The notes: a model not told the origin generated them from the sequence alone. 64,000 nucleotides of DNA from Desulfobacteraceae bacterium (GCA_011389745.1 JAABTQ010000010.1:11645-75644); one strand, 5' to 3'. Positions 46,385-55,757 are shown, counted from the stretch's first letter. Translations and numbers: made by a program.

Positions 46385-47137
46385 TTAATGATCTCCCAAT
46401 ACTCTGTGCGGAAGGCCGTGGGCAATAAGTTCTACCGGGCACTGATATGCCATGTCCAGCATTTCCTGTGTCATCTCAGCTGCATCGTGCTGGTGGACAC
46501 ACTGATTGACGCAGATGACCGTTTTAACATAGCTTGAAACCACCATCAAATCGTGACTGACAACCAGAATTGTCACATTTTTATTCAGCTCTTTAAGAAG
46601 TGAATAAAGTTCGGTTTGACCATGGGTATCGACACTGGCCGTGGGTTCATCAAGAAAAAGAATTTCAGGTTTGCCGGCAAGTGCTCTTGCAATAAAAACT
46701 CTTTGACGCTGTCCGCCGGAAAGCTCTCCAATCCGTCTTTTATGGTGTTTGAGCATTTCCATTTTTTCTAAAGCCTCTTTGGCCGAAATTCGATCTGATT
46801 TTGTCGGGTGTGTCAATAATCTGCCGGATTTCAGACATCCCATAAGCACCACATCCATAACGGAAATGGGAAAATTTTTATTGGCATTGACATTTTGGGG
46901 CACATATCCGATTCTGTGTGAGACTTTTTTGGGTTTTTCACCTATAATGCGAATTGATCCATGGCCGGCCGGCAACAATCCCAGCATGAGCTTTAAGAGC
47001 GTGGTTTTCCCACCTCCATTCGGCCCGATGATGGCTATAAAATCATTGGCGTACACCGTCATGTTTACATCTTTTAAGATGGCATGGTGATTGTATGAAA
47101 AATCAACATTTTTTAATTCAATAATGCGTGTTTTCAT
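46385..47137 (-). CDS. znuC: zinc ABC transporter ATP-binding protein (ZnuC-like)
   Basis: Start moved to MKTRIIELKNV. Walker A GPNGGGKTT, signature LSGGQRQRVFIARAL and Walker B ILFLDEPTASVD. Confidence 0.85.
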   Translation of the reverse strand: MKTRIIELKNVDFSYNHHAILKDVNMTVYANDFIAIIGPNGGGKTTLLKLMLGLLPAGHGSIRIIGEKPKKVSHRIGYVPQNVNANKNFPISVMDVVLMGCLKSGRLLTHPTKSDRISAKEALEKMEMLKHHKRRIGELSGGQRQRVFIARALAGKPEILFLDEPTASVDTHGQTELYSLLKELNKNVTILVVSHDLMVVSSYVKTVICVNQCVHQHDAAEMTQEMLDMAYQCPVELIAHGLPHRVLGDH

Positions 47138-47174
47138 ATGTATAAACCCTAAAATGTTTATGATAAGAGCATTA

Positions 47175-47189
47175 TGCAAATGATTTGCA
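47175..47189. promoter_or_regulatory. perfect 7-1-7 palindrome, candidate Zur/Fur-type operator
   Basis: TGCAAAT-G-ATTTGCA lies 38 bp upstream of the znuC start, preceded by the AT-rich Fur-box-like TTATGATAAGAGCATTAT. Confidence 0.45.
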
Positions 47190-47316
47190 AAATGTCAAGA
47201 AGTCTTTCAACTATGAGGCTTTTCATGAGTTTATCCCAATGCCTGAAATGTTAAATAATTCTTGAATTACACAATATTGTGTGTAAGAATATTATTTCTA
47301 ATCAAGGAGGTGAATT

Positions 47317-47517
47317 ATGGCGACTAATTTAGCCATTGAAGATAAACTGATTGAAGAAGCTAAAAAAATCGGAAAACATAAGACCAAAAAAGCAGCGGTA
47401 ACCGAGGCTTTAAAAGAGTACATCCAGCGGAGAAAACAAGTGGAAATTTTTGACCTTGCCGGACAAATTGATTATGATCCGAAATACGATTACAAAGTGC
47501 AGCGGAAAAAATCTTGA
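47317..47517 (+). CDS. vapB: type II antitoxin (VapB/DUF2191-like)
   Basis: 66-aa ORF with an AGGAGG RBS, MATNLAIEDKLIEEAKKIG...TKKAAVTEALKEYI pattern. Its stop overlaps the PIN toxin start. Confidence 0.7.
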   Translation: MATNLAIEDKLIEEAKKIGKHKTKKAAVTEALKEYIQRRKQVEIFDLAGQIDYDPKYDYKVQRKKS

Positions 47518-47948
47518 AAATCATTATCGATACAAGTGTCTGGTCCCGTTTTTTCAGGCGTACGGCAAATTGGGCGGATCCGATCGTTGTTGAGCTTCAT
47601 GATCTGATTGATGAGTCTCGTGCCCAAATGATAGGTCCTGTTCGCCAGGAAGTTTTGTCAGGGATAAGGTTCACCACACAATATGTGCGACTGCGAAAGC
47701 ATTTGAGGGCATTTCCTGATTTGCCTCTGGAAATGAAAGATTATGAGGTAGGTGCTGAATATTATAATTTATGCCGTAAAAAAGGGATCCAGGGATCAAA
47801 TGTAGATTTTCTTATCTGTTCCATAGCAAAACGTCGTAATATGCCGATTTTTACGACCGATGGTGATTTCCATTTATATAAGCCCCTATTAGCCATCGAG
47901 ATACATATACCGAGAATGCCGCTGTCCGATCATATCGATAACATTTAA
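47514..47948 (+). CDS. vapC: PIN-domain ribonuclease toxin VapC
   Basis: 144-aa ORF with PIN acidic residues in context: IIIDTSVW (Asp near the N-terminus), VRQEVLSG and FTTDGDF. Confidence 0.8.
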   Translation: MKIIIDTSVWSRFFRRTANWADPIVVELHDLIDESRAQMIGPVRQEVLSGIRFTTQYVRLRKHLRAFPDLPLEMKDYEVGAEYYNLCRKKGIQGSNVDFLICSIAKRRNMPIFTTDGDFHLYKPLLAIEIHIPRMPLSDHIDNI

Positions 47949-47968
47949 ATATCCAGGCAAATACACAT

Positions 47969-49198
47969 ATGAAAGAATTTTTTAAAGTCACGGAACTCAA
48001 TCAGGTACTGTCCTATGCGGATATTTTTCAACCCGTTGAGGTGGAGAAAGTTTCTGTTTTTGATACTTTTGGTCGAATACTTGCTGAAAATGTCATGGCC
48101 GGAGAAAATATCCCCAATTTCAACCGATCCACCATGGATGGTTTTGCTATCAGGGCATCATCAAGTTTCGGAGCTTCAGAGGCCAATCCTGCGTACCTTG
48201 AAATTAAGGGAGCCATAGGTATGGGGGAAGTGCCTGAATTTTCAATCGGTCACGGGGAGGCGGCAAGAATTGCCACCGGAGGGATGTTGCCTTCCGGAGC
48301 TGATGCAGTGGTTATGGTGGAGCATGCGGATTTTCTGGACAAAGTTACCATCGAGGCATACAAAAGTGTGGCTCCGGGACAGAATGTCATTATAGAAGGG
48401 GAGGACATTCAGGAATCTCAGGAAATTTTATTTTCCGGACAAAAAATCCGTCCTCAGGAAATTGGACTTTTGGCGGCTGTCGGACGTCAAAGTGTCAAAG
48501 TATTTAAAAAACCATTGGTGGCCATCATTTCCACGGGAGATGAGGTGGTAGCCATTCACGAATCGCCCGAACCCGGACAAATTCGAGATATCAATACTTA
48601 TACACTGTACGGCCAGGTCTTAAAAGCCGGCGGAATTCCCAAACCGTATGGAATTGTTCACGACAATTACCAGTCTTTGTATGAGATCTGCCAAAAAGCA
48701 CTCCATGAAACCGACATGGTGTTAATATCCGGTGGAAGTTCCGTTGGGGCAAGAGACTTTACCATTGAGGTGCTGTCAAATATGCCGGAAACTGAGATTC
48801 TTGTTCATGGGATCACCATCAGCCCCGGTAAACCCACTATTCTGGCCAATTCCGCTGGAAAACCTTTTTGGGGCCTTCCTGGGCATGTGGTTTCCGCCAT
48901 GGTGGTTTTTGAAGCGGTTACAAGATTTTTCCTGGAAAAGATCGCGGGTCTTTCTTTGAAATATCATCAACGATTCTATTACAAAGCCAGGATGACACGA
49001 AATATCGGATCGGCACAGGGCCGGGTGGAATACATCCGGGTTCGCCTCAAAGAAGAAAATGGGGGTTTATGGGCTGAGCCGATATTGGGAAAATCCGGCC
49101 TTATTCGAACAATGATCGAAGCAGATGGGTTAGTGGCTGTTGATATGAACACCGAAGGCCTGGAAAAAGGGGAAGAGGTCAGGGTTATTCCGTTATAA
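47969..49198 (+). CDS. moeA: molybdopterin molybdenum/tungsten transferase MoeA
   Basis: 409-aa ORF with MoeA motifs STMDGFA, ATGGMLP, ISTGDEVV, ISGGSSVGARD and PGKPT. Confidence 0.9.
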   Translation: MKEFFKVTELNQVLSYADIFQPVEVEKVSVFDTFGRILAENVMAGENIPNFNRSTMDGFAIRASSSFGASEANPAYLEIKGAIGMGEVPEFSIGHGEAARIATGGMLPSGADAVVMVEHADFLDKVTIEAYKSVAPGQNVIIEGEDIQESQEILFSGQKIRPQEIGLLAAVGRQSVKVFKKPLVAIISTGDEVVAIHESPEPGQIRDINTYTLYGQVLKAGGIPKPYGIVHDNYQSLYEICQKALHETDMVLISGGSSVGARDFTIEVLSNMPETEILVHGITISPGKPTILANSAGKPFWGLPGHVVSAMVVFEAVTRFFLEKIAGLSLKYHQRFYYKARMTRNIGSAQGRVEYIRVRLKEENGGLWAEPILGKSGLIRTMIEADGLVAVDMNTEGLEKGEEVRVIPL

Positions 49199-49233
49199 CT
49201 TTCTATAACTTTCCGAGATTCAAGAGGTTAATA

Positions 49234-51159
49234 ATGAGTTCAAAGCGAAATGTATATTTGAAAATGAAAACGTTAAAAGAGGCCAGGGAAATTCTCTTTG
49301 ACCGTTTTTCTCATCTTGGGATGCTTCCCGGAGAAACCGTGTCAGTGCCCGACGCTGTTGGGAGAATATTGGCTGAGCCGGTTTTTGCAAAGTTATCATC
49401 GCCGAATTTTCATGCAGCCGCAATGGATGGTATTGCTGTGAAGGCTGAAAGCACTTTTGGCGCAAGTGAAACCCAACCCAAAACCCTGATCAACGATAAA
49501 GACGCTTTTTTTGTTAATACCGGCCATGTTCTTCCCGAACCCACAAATGCTGTCATCATGATCGAGCAGGTCAACGTGTTGGATGAACTTCATCTTGAAA
49601 TCGAAAACCCTGCATTTCCCTGGCAGCATGTTCGAAAAATGGGTGAGGATATTGTTGCTACAGAGCTTTTGTTTCCACAGAATCATGTGATAACGCCATA
49701 TTGTATAGGTGCCCTGCTCTCGGGTGGTGTTTTTGAGGTGAAAGTACGAAAAAAACCAAAAATATTTATCATTCCAACAGGTTCCGAGCTTGTGGACTGG
49801 CGCGATACGGACTTAAAAGAATTTAAACCCGGTCAGGTGCTCGAAACCAACTCTTTTGTTTTGGGAAAACTCGTGGAAGCCTCCGGCGGAAAGTATATCC
49901 GTAGTGAAATGGTTATTGATGATCCGGAAAAGATTATTAAAGTGGTTGATGAAGCCATCAAAGATGATTTTCATATAATCCTTACGGTCGGGGGTTCATC
50001 TGCCGGTTCCGAGGACTATTCCAATGCCGTGATTTCAAAAATGGGTGAAGTTCTGGTCCATGGTGTGACCATGATGCCGGGTAAACCTTTGGTCATGGGG
50101 ATTATAAAAGCAAAACCGACTTTCGGAATACCGGGCTATCCGGTTTCAGCCATTATTGCATTTGAACAGTTTGTGCGACCCCTGATCTTAAATATGCTGG
50201 GTCAACCCGAAACAAAGCGAGCCGTAATTGAGGTTTTTCCGACAAAAAAAATAGCATCAAAGTTGGGGGTGGAAGAATTTTTGAGGGTAAAATTGGGTCA
50301 GGTTGGAAACCGGATCGTGGCTACACCGCTTCCCAGGGGTGCGGGCATGATTACCTCCATTACTGAGGCCGATGGCATTATCCGTGTTCCCAACCACAGC
50401 GAAGGCATCAAGGAAAATGAATCAGCTGAAGCAGAACTTCTCAAGCCTGTATCTTCAATCAAAAATACGATTGTGATTGTCGGAAGCCACGACAATTCTC
50501 TTGACATTCTCGCAGACCAACTCAAAGCCCGGCACAGCCATATCTGCCTTTCCTCAAGTCATGTCGGCAGTATGGGGGGCTTGATGGCGATAAAAAAAGG
50601 GGTTTGCCATCTTGCAGGGTCACATCTTCTGGACACATCGGATGGTTCCTACAACAAATCCTATATCAAAAGATACCTCCCCGATATACCGGTTAAGCCG
50701 GTAAATCTGGTCATGAGGGACCAGGGACTGATAGTGCTTCCCAAAAATCCTAAAAGTATAAAAGGCATCGAGGACCTGGCGCGCGAGGATATCACTTTTA
50801 TCAACCGTCAGGGCGGGTCAGGCACCCGGATTCTTCTGGACTATCGTTTGAAGCAGCTCGGTATGGACCCGCTCAATATCAAAGGCTATGGTGTTGATGA
50901 ATTTACTCACATGTCGGTTGCTGCTGCGGTACTTAGCGGAAGAGCCGATGTTGGACTCGGCATTTATGCGGCTGCAAAAGCCCTGGGGCTTGGTTTCATT
51001 CCGGTGGTTACCGAGCAGTATGATCTGGTGATTCCCGAAGCCTATTTTGAGTCTGAAAATATGCGGTTACTTTTGGATACCATCAATACCCCTGAATTTA
51101 AGAAACAAGTGGAAGCGCTCGGGGGATATTCAACTGCAAAAACCGGTGAATTCATGTAG
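49234..51159 (+). CDS. MoeA fused to a C-terminal periplasmic-binding-protein-like (molybdate/tungstate-binding type) domain
   Basis: 641-aa ORF. The N-terminal 400 aa are MoeA-like (AAMDGIAV, PTGSELV, VGGSSAGSEDY, PGKPL). The C-terminal ~230 aa are PBP-like (IVIVGSHDN...INRQGGSGTRILLD). Confidence 0.8.
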   Translation: MSSKRNVYLKMKTLKEAREILFDRFSHLGMLPGETVSVPDAVGRILAEPVFAKLSSPNFHAAAMDGIAVKAESTFGASETQPKTLINDKDAFFVNTGHVLPEPTNAVIMIEQVNVLDELHLEIENPAFPWQHVRKMGEDIVATELLFPQNHVITPYCIGALLSGGVFEVKVRKKPKIFIIPTGSELVDWRDTDLKEFKPGQVLETNSFVLGKLVEASGGKYIRSEMVIDDPEKIIKVVDEAIKDDFHIILTVGGSSAGSEDYSNAVISKMGEVLVHGVTMMPGKPLVMGIIKAKPTFGIPGYPVSAIIAFEQFVRPLILNMLGQPETKRAVIEVFPTKKIASKLGVEEFLRVKLGQVGNRIVATPLPRGAGMITSITEADGIIRVPNHSEGIKENESAEAELLKPVSSIKNTIVIVGSHDNSLDILADQLKARHSHICLSSSHVGSMGGLMAIKKGVCHLAGSHLLDTSDGSYNKSYIKRYLPDIPVKPVNLVMRDQGLIVLPKNPKSIKGIEDLAREDITFINRQGGSGTRILLDYRLKQLGMDPLNIKGYGVDEFTHMSVAAAVLSGRADVGLGIYAAAKALGLGFIPVVTEQYDLVIPEAYFESENMRLLLDTINTPEFKKQVEALGGYSTAKTGEFM

Positions 51160-51223
51160 CATGAGCCTGCCATTCCGAGGGAGCGATCTGCAAAGTGTCA
51201 GGTATCTTAAAAATCCCCCTAAA

Positions 51224-51252
51224 TCCCCCTTTTTCATAACAGGGGGACTTTT
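51224..51252 (+). terminator. putative rho-independent terminator
   Basis: TCCCCCT-TTTTCATAAC-AGGGGGA followed by CTTTTGTG. Confidence 0.45.
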
Positions 51253-51328
51253 GTGTCCTTTCGGTAAGGAGTGGTGATTATGCCAAAGATAGACACCAAA
51301 GAGGATAACCGATAGATCCTGAAGTGGA

Positions 51329-52993
51329 TTGCAAGTTGATTTTGGAATTTCAATTTTGAAGAAAGTTGGCAGACTCGTGAAACGGGAACGAATCAAAACC
51401 CTTAAAAAATCGCTGTTTGTAAACCTTCTGTTTCTTTCCGTGGTCATGGTTCTGCTTTTTGGAGCCCTGATGTCCACAATTCTGTACTATAGTGGAGTAA
51501 ACAACGCATACGCGGTTATTCATAATAAGAACCAAGCCGCTACCAACTACATACAGGGAAATTTCACGCCTCTGAGGTCCGCGGTACAGTTCCTGGCCCA
51601 GAAACCGGAGGTGATTTACGCGGTTGAAGATCCTCTTTTGCAGAAAGAAAAGGCCTTATCGCTGTTTGAAATCCTCAAGAATTCTCTTCCAAATATCAAT
51701 TACATTTATTCCGGATATGAGGATGGAACGCTTTTAATCAATGACTATTCCCCGCCAAAGGGCTATGATCCGAGAAAACGGCCATGGTACCTGGCAGCCT
51801 TAAAGACGGCACCGGATATATCCGGCGGTATCCCTTACCGGGAGGCCAAAACTAGTGAGTGGTTGGTATCCTTCAGTAAGGTTTTGACCGACGATACCGA
51901 TAATATTTATGGAGTAATCGCCATAGACTCCTCCATGGACGCGGTTACAAAAATTCTTTCTGAGCGTGATCCGGCTTATTCTTCTTCGTATAGTTTCGTG
52001 GTTGATGGCGAGGGGACGGTTATCATTCACCATCGTGAGGACCTTCTTGGGAAGGAATTTAAGAAAATTGTAGATACTGAAGATGACTTTTCCAGGTCTG
52101 CTGGTCGTACGGGTTATATCTTTGAACAACGAAGCAAAATCGCCTACCACACCCGGCTGGAATCCCTGGGATGGATTGTGGTTACCGTGGTTGATAAATA
52201 CGAGATACTTAAATTCCTGATAGTCAAAATTTTGCTCAGCATTGCGGTTGTTATAGCAGTGAGCCTGCTGGTTGGACAATTTATTAGCCGCACGCTCAGC
52301 AATAACATAATAGCACCTTTGAGAACGCTGGAACAGCGGGTTAAAGCGGCAATATCAGGTTCTTCTCAGACAGATTATCATGATCCAACAAATCCTCCCT
52401 CAGTTTCGCGGTATAACGAGATCGATTCAATAGCAAATGCCATAGAAGAATTAACCGAGCGGGCTCTGTTTCGGAAGAATCAGGAACTGGAGACCAAAAA
52501 TGAACTGCTGGAAAAGCTTTCCCAAACCGATTACCTCACTGGCCTGCTAAACCGCCGGAAAATTTATGAAGACCTGGAAAAAGAGTATCAGCGCGCCATG
52601 CGGTATGGCGGCACGTTTTCAATCATCATCTTTGATATTGACTGGTTCAAAAGCATCAATGACACGTACGGTCACGATGCAGGAGATCAGGTAATTAAAG
52701 AAGTGGCGGATATTTTCAGGTCAATGCTTCGCACCACGGACAGTTTGGCACGATGGGGCGGGGAAGAGTTTTTGATCCTCTGCCCGGGAACAACCCTGGA
52801 AGGCTCCGCTGCAATTGCACAAAAAATTCAAGCCGCTATTGGAGAAAACCGCTTTTCTGTGCCAAGAAAACTAACAATAAGCGCGGGAACCTGTGAATAT
52901 AATTCCAGCCTCTCACTGGAGGATTTGCTTATTGCAGCAGATCGCAAACTCTACGAAGCTAAGTCCCGGGGAAGAAACCGGGTGGTGTTTTGA
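51329..52993 (+). CDS. diguanylate cyclase with extracytoplasmic Cache-type sensor domain
   Basis: 554-aa ORF; the start is uncertain because the first codon is TTG. One TM, then a ~250-aa periplasmic domain with Cache-like features (KRPWYLAA), a second TM, then GGDEF with DWFKSINDTYGHDAGD and the GGEEF active site. Confidence 0.85.
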   Translation: MQVDFGISILKKVGRLVKRERIKTLKKSLFVNLLFLSVVMVLLFGALMSTILYYSGVNNAYAVIHNKNQAATNYIQGNFTPLRSAVQFLAQKPEVIYAVEDPLLQKEKALSLFEILKNSLPNINYIYSGYEDGTLLINDYSPPKGYDPRKRPWYLAALKTAPDISGGIPYREAKTSEWLVSFSKVLTDDTDNIYGVIAIDSSMDAVTKILSERDPAYSSSYSFVVDGEGTVIIHHREDLLGKEFKKIVDTEDDFSRSAGRTGYIFEQRSKIAYHTRLESLGWIVVTVVDKYEILKFLIVKILLSIAVVIAVSLLVGQFISRTLSNNIIAPLRTLEQRVKAAISGSSQTDYHDPTNPPSVSRYNEIDSIANAIEELTERALFRKNQELETKNELLEKLSQTDYLTGLLNRRKIYEDLEKEYQRAMRYGGTFSIIIFDIDWFKSINDTYGHDAGDQVIKEVADIFRSMLRTTDSLARWGGEEFLILCPGTTLEGSAAIAQKIQAAIGENRFSVPRKLTISAGTCEYNSSLSLEDLLIAADRKLYEAKSRGRNRVVF

Positions 52994-53188
52994 TCACATC
53001 GGTCGGATCGGTTACTTAGGACTCATTTTTTATATTTTTATTGACAAAAAGCAAGTTCCTATTTATTTGAGTCACATAAAGCGGATACGGGCAGCGGGTA
53101 TCCAGCGTCGGTAAAAGGCGCAACCCTGGATGTGCTGAATAGTTACGAAAGATTTTACTGAGTGCTGTTGAGAGGGGCAGGTTTTGGA

Positions 53189-54520
53189 ATGATCATCAAG
53201 AAACAGTACTACTGGGGGTACCTGGCTGTTCTACTGAGCTTGCTGCTCACCTATGCGATCTATTTCGGATCGATGTGGTTCTACGACGACTGGTACGATT
53301 ACCCCTTGAAATATCTGGCCAAGCTCGGGAGCATGGGAACCACGATACTGATGTGCTGGGCCCTTTTGCTGGCCGCGAGGCTGCGTGTCGTAAACCGGCT
53401 GTTCGGGGGGATGGACAAGGTCTACAAGGCACACCACAAGTTTGGCGAAGCCGCGTTGTATTTCATTTTCCTGCACCCGATATTTCTCGCCCTGAATCCC
53501 GAATTCGACTTCTTTCGTTTTTTTTGGATCGCGCAACTGCCCGGCGAAGCGGGACATTACTATCTTGCCCGGATGACCGGCCTGGCTGCCCTGGCGGCTC
53601 TTGTCGGACTGACGTCGTTGTCGTTGTGGTTCTCGCTGCCCTACCACCACTGGAAACAGACGCACAATTTTTTCGGGCTGGTGCTGGTACTGGTCATCTT
53701 CCACGCAGTCGTTGCCCAGGGTGAAATCATGTCGTATCCGGTGCTGGCGACGTGGTTTGCCGTGTGGGCCGGGGTGGGAGTGTGCTGCTATTTCTACATC
53801 CGGGTGCTCTACCGCTGGTTCGGGCCGATCCATGACTATCTGGTGGATCATATTTGGACCCTGGGTGACATCACCGAAGTCCATCTGCGCCCTCGGGATC
53901 CGGACCGGAAGATGGCCTTTCAACCCGGCCAGTTCCTGTACGTCTACTTCGAATCGTCGGATCTGAGAGCCGAGCCCCATCCTTTCAGCATTTCATCGGC
54001 TCCCCAGGCCGGAAACATCCGGATTTCCGTCAAGAAGATGGGCGACTGGACGGAACAGCTTCCCGTCCTGAAGCAGGGGCAGCGTGCCTTTGTCTGGGGG
54101 CCCTACGGCAAGTTTGGCGACCACATGGCTGAACATGCGGAAAAGGAAATTGTGATGCTGGCCGGCGGGATCGGAATCACGCCCTTCTTGAGTATGGTGG
54201 AGAACGAGGATTTCCGGGCGGGCAAATACAACAAGGCCTATCTTTTCTACAGCGTAGACGAATCCGAAGAAGCCTATTACCACGACGAAATTACGGAACT
54301 TGGCCTGAGGGAAGAGTACCTGCACTACATTCCCCACTCTTCCGACTCCGAAGGCTATCTCACGCTGGAGGACATCGAGGACCGGGTGGGCGGCGACCTG
54401 AAGGCGAGGGTTTATCTGATCTGCGGACCGAAGATGATGATGGACTCGCTGCGGGAACAGCTCATGGAAGCCGGTGTGCCCGTTGAACAAATCTTCACGG
54501 AAGACTTCAGCATCATCTGA
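53189..54520 (+). CDS. NOX/ferric-reductase-like membrane flavocytochrome (ferric reductase TM domain + FAD + NAD(P)H domains)
   Basis: Start at the ATG at 53189. Two His pairs 12-13 residues apart sit in adjacent TM helices (HHKFGEAALYFIFLH; HNFFGLVLVLVIFH). FAD motif HPFSISS, NAD(P)H motif GGIGITPF, and LICGP near the C-terminus. Confidence 0.75.
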   Translation: MIIKKQYYWGYLAVLLSLLLTYAIYFGSMWFYDDWYDYPLKYLAKLGSMGTTILMCWALLLAARLRVVNRLFGGMDKVYKAHHKFGEAALYFIFLHPIFLALNPEFDFFRFFWIAQLPGEAGHYYLARMTGLAALAALVGLTSLSLWFSLPYHHWKQTHNFFGLVLVLVIFHAVVAQGEIMSYPVLATWFAVWAGVGVCCYFYIRVLYRWFGPIHDYLVDHIWTLGDITEVHLRPRDPDRKMAFQPGQFLYVYFESSDLRAEPHPFSISSAPQAGNIRISVKKMGDWTEQLPVLKQGQRAFVWGPYGKFGDHMAEHAEKEIVMLAGGIGITPFLSMVENEDFRAGKYNKAYLFYSVDESEEAYYHDEITELGLREEYLHYIPHSSDSEGYLTLEDIEDRVGGDLKARVYLICGPKMMMDSLREQLMEAGVPVEQIFTEDFSII

Positions 54521-54627
54521 AATCATTGACGTTACGCACGGATCCAATCCGGCGGAAACGGCAAGTTACGCTGAACCAAGGCCAACCCCAATCGGGGCGA
54601 ACAGTTGCATCAATCGGGAGGGACGAC

Positions 54628-55452
54628 ATGAACCAGGAATTTCCAAAACCGTCGGATATTCTGGACGGACAGACCGCCGTGGTCACCGGCGGCAGTTCGG
54701 GCATCGGCGCGGGCATTGCCCGGGCTCTGGGCGAGGCCGGGGCCAACGTGGTGGTGAACTATTCCAGCAGCAGGGAGGGGGCCGAGGAGGTCGTCGCGGG
54801 GATCAGGGAACAGGGCTCCCAAGCCATTGCCGTCCAGGCCGACGTGAGCAGCGAGTCGGATGTGGAGGCCATGTTCCGCAGGGGCGTGGAGTCCTTCGGC
54901 ACCGTGGACATCCTGATCAGCAACGCCGGAGTGCAGCAGGACGCGGAGTTTACGGAGATGACCCTGGAGGAATGGAACATGGTCATCAGCATCAACCTGA
55001 CCGGAGCCTTCCTCTGCGCCCGGGCCGCAACCCGGGAATTTCTCCGCCGGGGCATGGTTCCAAAGCGTTCTTCAGCCCTGGGCAAGATCATTTTCGTCAG
55101 TTCGGTGCATGAAATAATACCCTGGGCCGGACGGGTGAACTACGCGGCGTCCAAGGGCGGACTGATGCTGTTCATGAAAAGCATCGCCCAGGAGCTGGGA
55201 GCAAAGGGAATCCGCGTGAACAGCATCGCTCCCGGCGCGATCAGGACGTCCATCAATCGTGAATCCTGGGATGACCCGGAGGCGAAGGCCGAACTGTTAA
55301 AGCTGATCCCCCGCAATCGAATCGGAGATCCCTCGGATATTGCCAAGGCGGCCTTGTGGCTGGCTTCAGATGATTCTGACTACGTGCACGGCACGAGTCT
55401 GGTGGTGGACGGAGGCATGACACTTTATCCCGGATTCATCTCCGGGGGGTGA
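54628..55452 (+). CDS. short-chain dehydrogenase/reductase (glucose 1-dehydrogenase-like)
   Basis: Start at the ATG at 54628, with a GGGAGGGA RBS. TGGSSGIGAG, NNAG-type SNAG, catalytic YAASKGG, and PGAIRT. Confidence 0.9.
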   Translation: MNQEFPKPSDILDGQTAVVTGGSSGIGAGIARALGEAGANVVVNYSSSREGAEEVVAGIREQGSQAIAVQADVSSESDVEAMFRRGVESFGTVDILISNAGVQQDAEFTEMTLEEWNMVISINLTGAFLCARAATREFLRRGMVPKRSSALGKIIFVSSVHEIIPWAGRVNYAASKGGLMLFMKSIAQELGAKGIRVNSIAPGAIRTSINRESWDDPEAKAELLKLIPRNRIGDPSDIAKAALWLASDDSDYVHGTSLVVDGGMTLYPGFISGG

Positions 55453-55499
55453 ACCGTCCCTGGGACCGCCACACCCCAGTGCGGCAAGGATTATTCAGC

Positions 55500-55724
55500 T
55501 CACATCTGGAATACATCCGGCCCCCATATAGGCGTGAAGCCTTTTGGCTTCCGCATCTTTCCAGCGGAAGCCAAAAACTCTCCTGCTCCTCGCACTCGTA
55601 CTGTTTGATGTTCGGCTGCGGCCTTACGCACGATTTGTGCAAGCTCCGTTTCGCTTTCGGGAACAGCAATGGTTGCCGGCGTAAACCGGAGGCTTCCGGA
55701 CCGGTTCGACCGTTTGTTAGACAT
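55500..55724 (-). pseudogene. N-terminal remnant of an FAD-linked (PCMH-type) oxidase, gulonolactone/arabinonolactone-oxidase-like
   Basis: The 74-aa ORF SNRSGSLRFTPATIAVPESETELAQIVRKAAAEHQTVRVRGAG matches the N-terminus of FAD_binding_4 oxidases (NWSGN..F.P..I..P.SE.EL..IV..A...G..VRV.G.GHS). Similarity then stops, and the frame runs into the convergent SDR gene. Confidence 0.5.
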
Positions 55725-55757
55725 ATACTCTCCTGTTTGTTTTTGTGGCTATATCCT

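Noticed and set aside
51130-51477. 115-aa minus-strand ORF containing ...SPPVMKKGDLGGF..., reminiscent of peptides translated from GGGGGA/TCCCCC repeat elements
   Set aside because: It overlaps the terminator hairpin of the moeA-fusion gene and the 5' end of the diguanylate cyclase gene. The motif comes from the hairpin arms (TCCCCCT/AGGGGGA), and only one copy is seen in the window.
53231-55112. Long overlapping ORFs in the island (53231-53980 minus 249 aa; 53275-53724 plus 149 aa; 53993-54547 minus 184 aa; 54474-55112 plus 212 aa)
   Set aside because: Their translations are Arg/Pro/Gly-rich and low-complexity, and they lie antisense or out of frame to well-supported NOX-like and SDR genes. 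They are typical open-frame artefacts of G+C-rich DNA.
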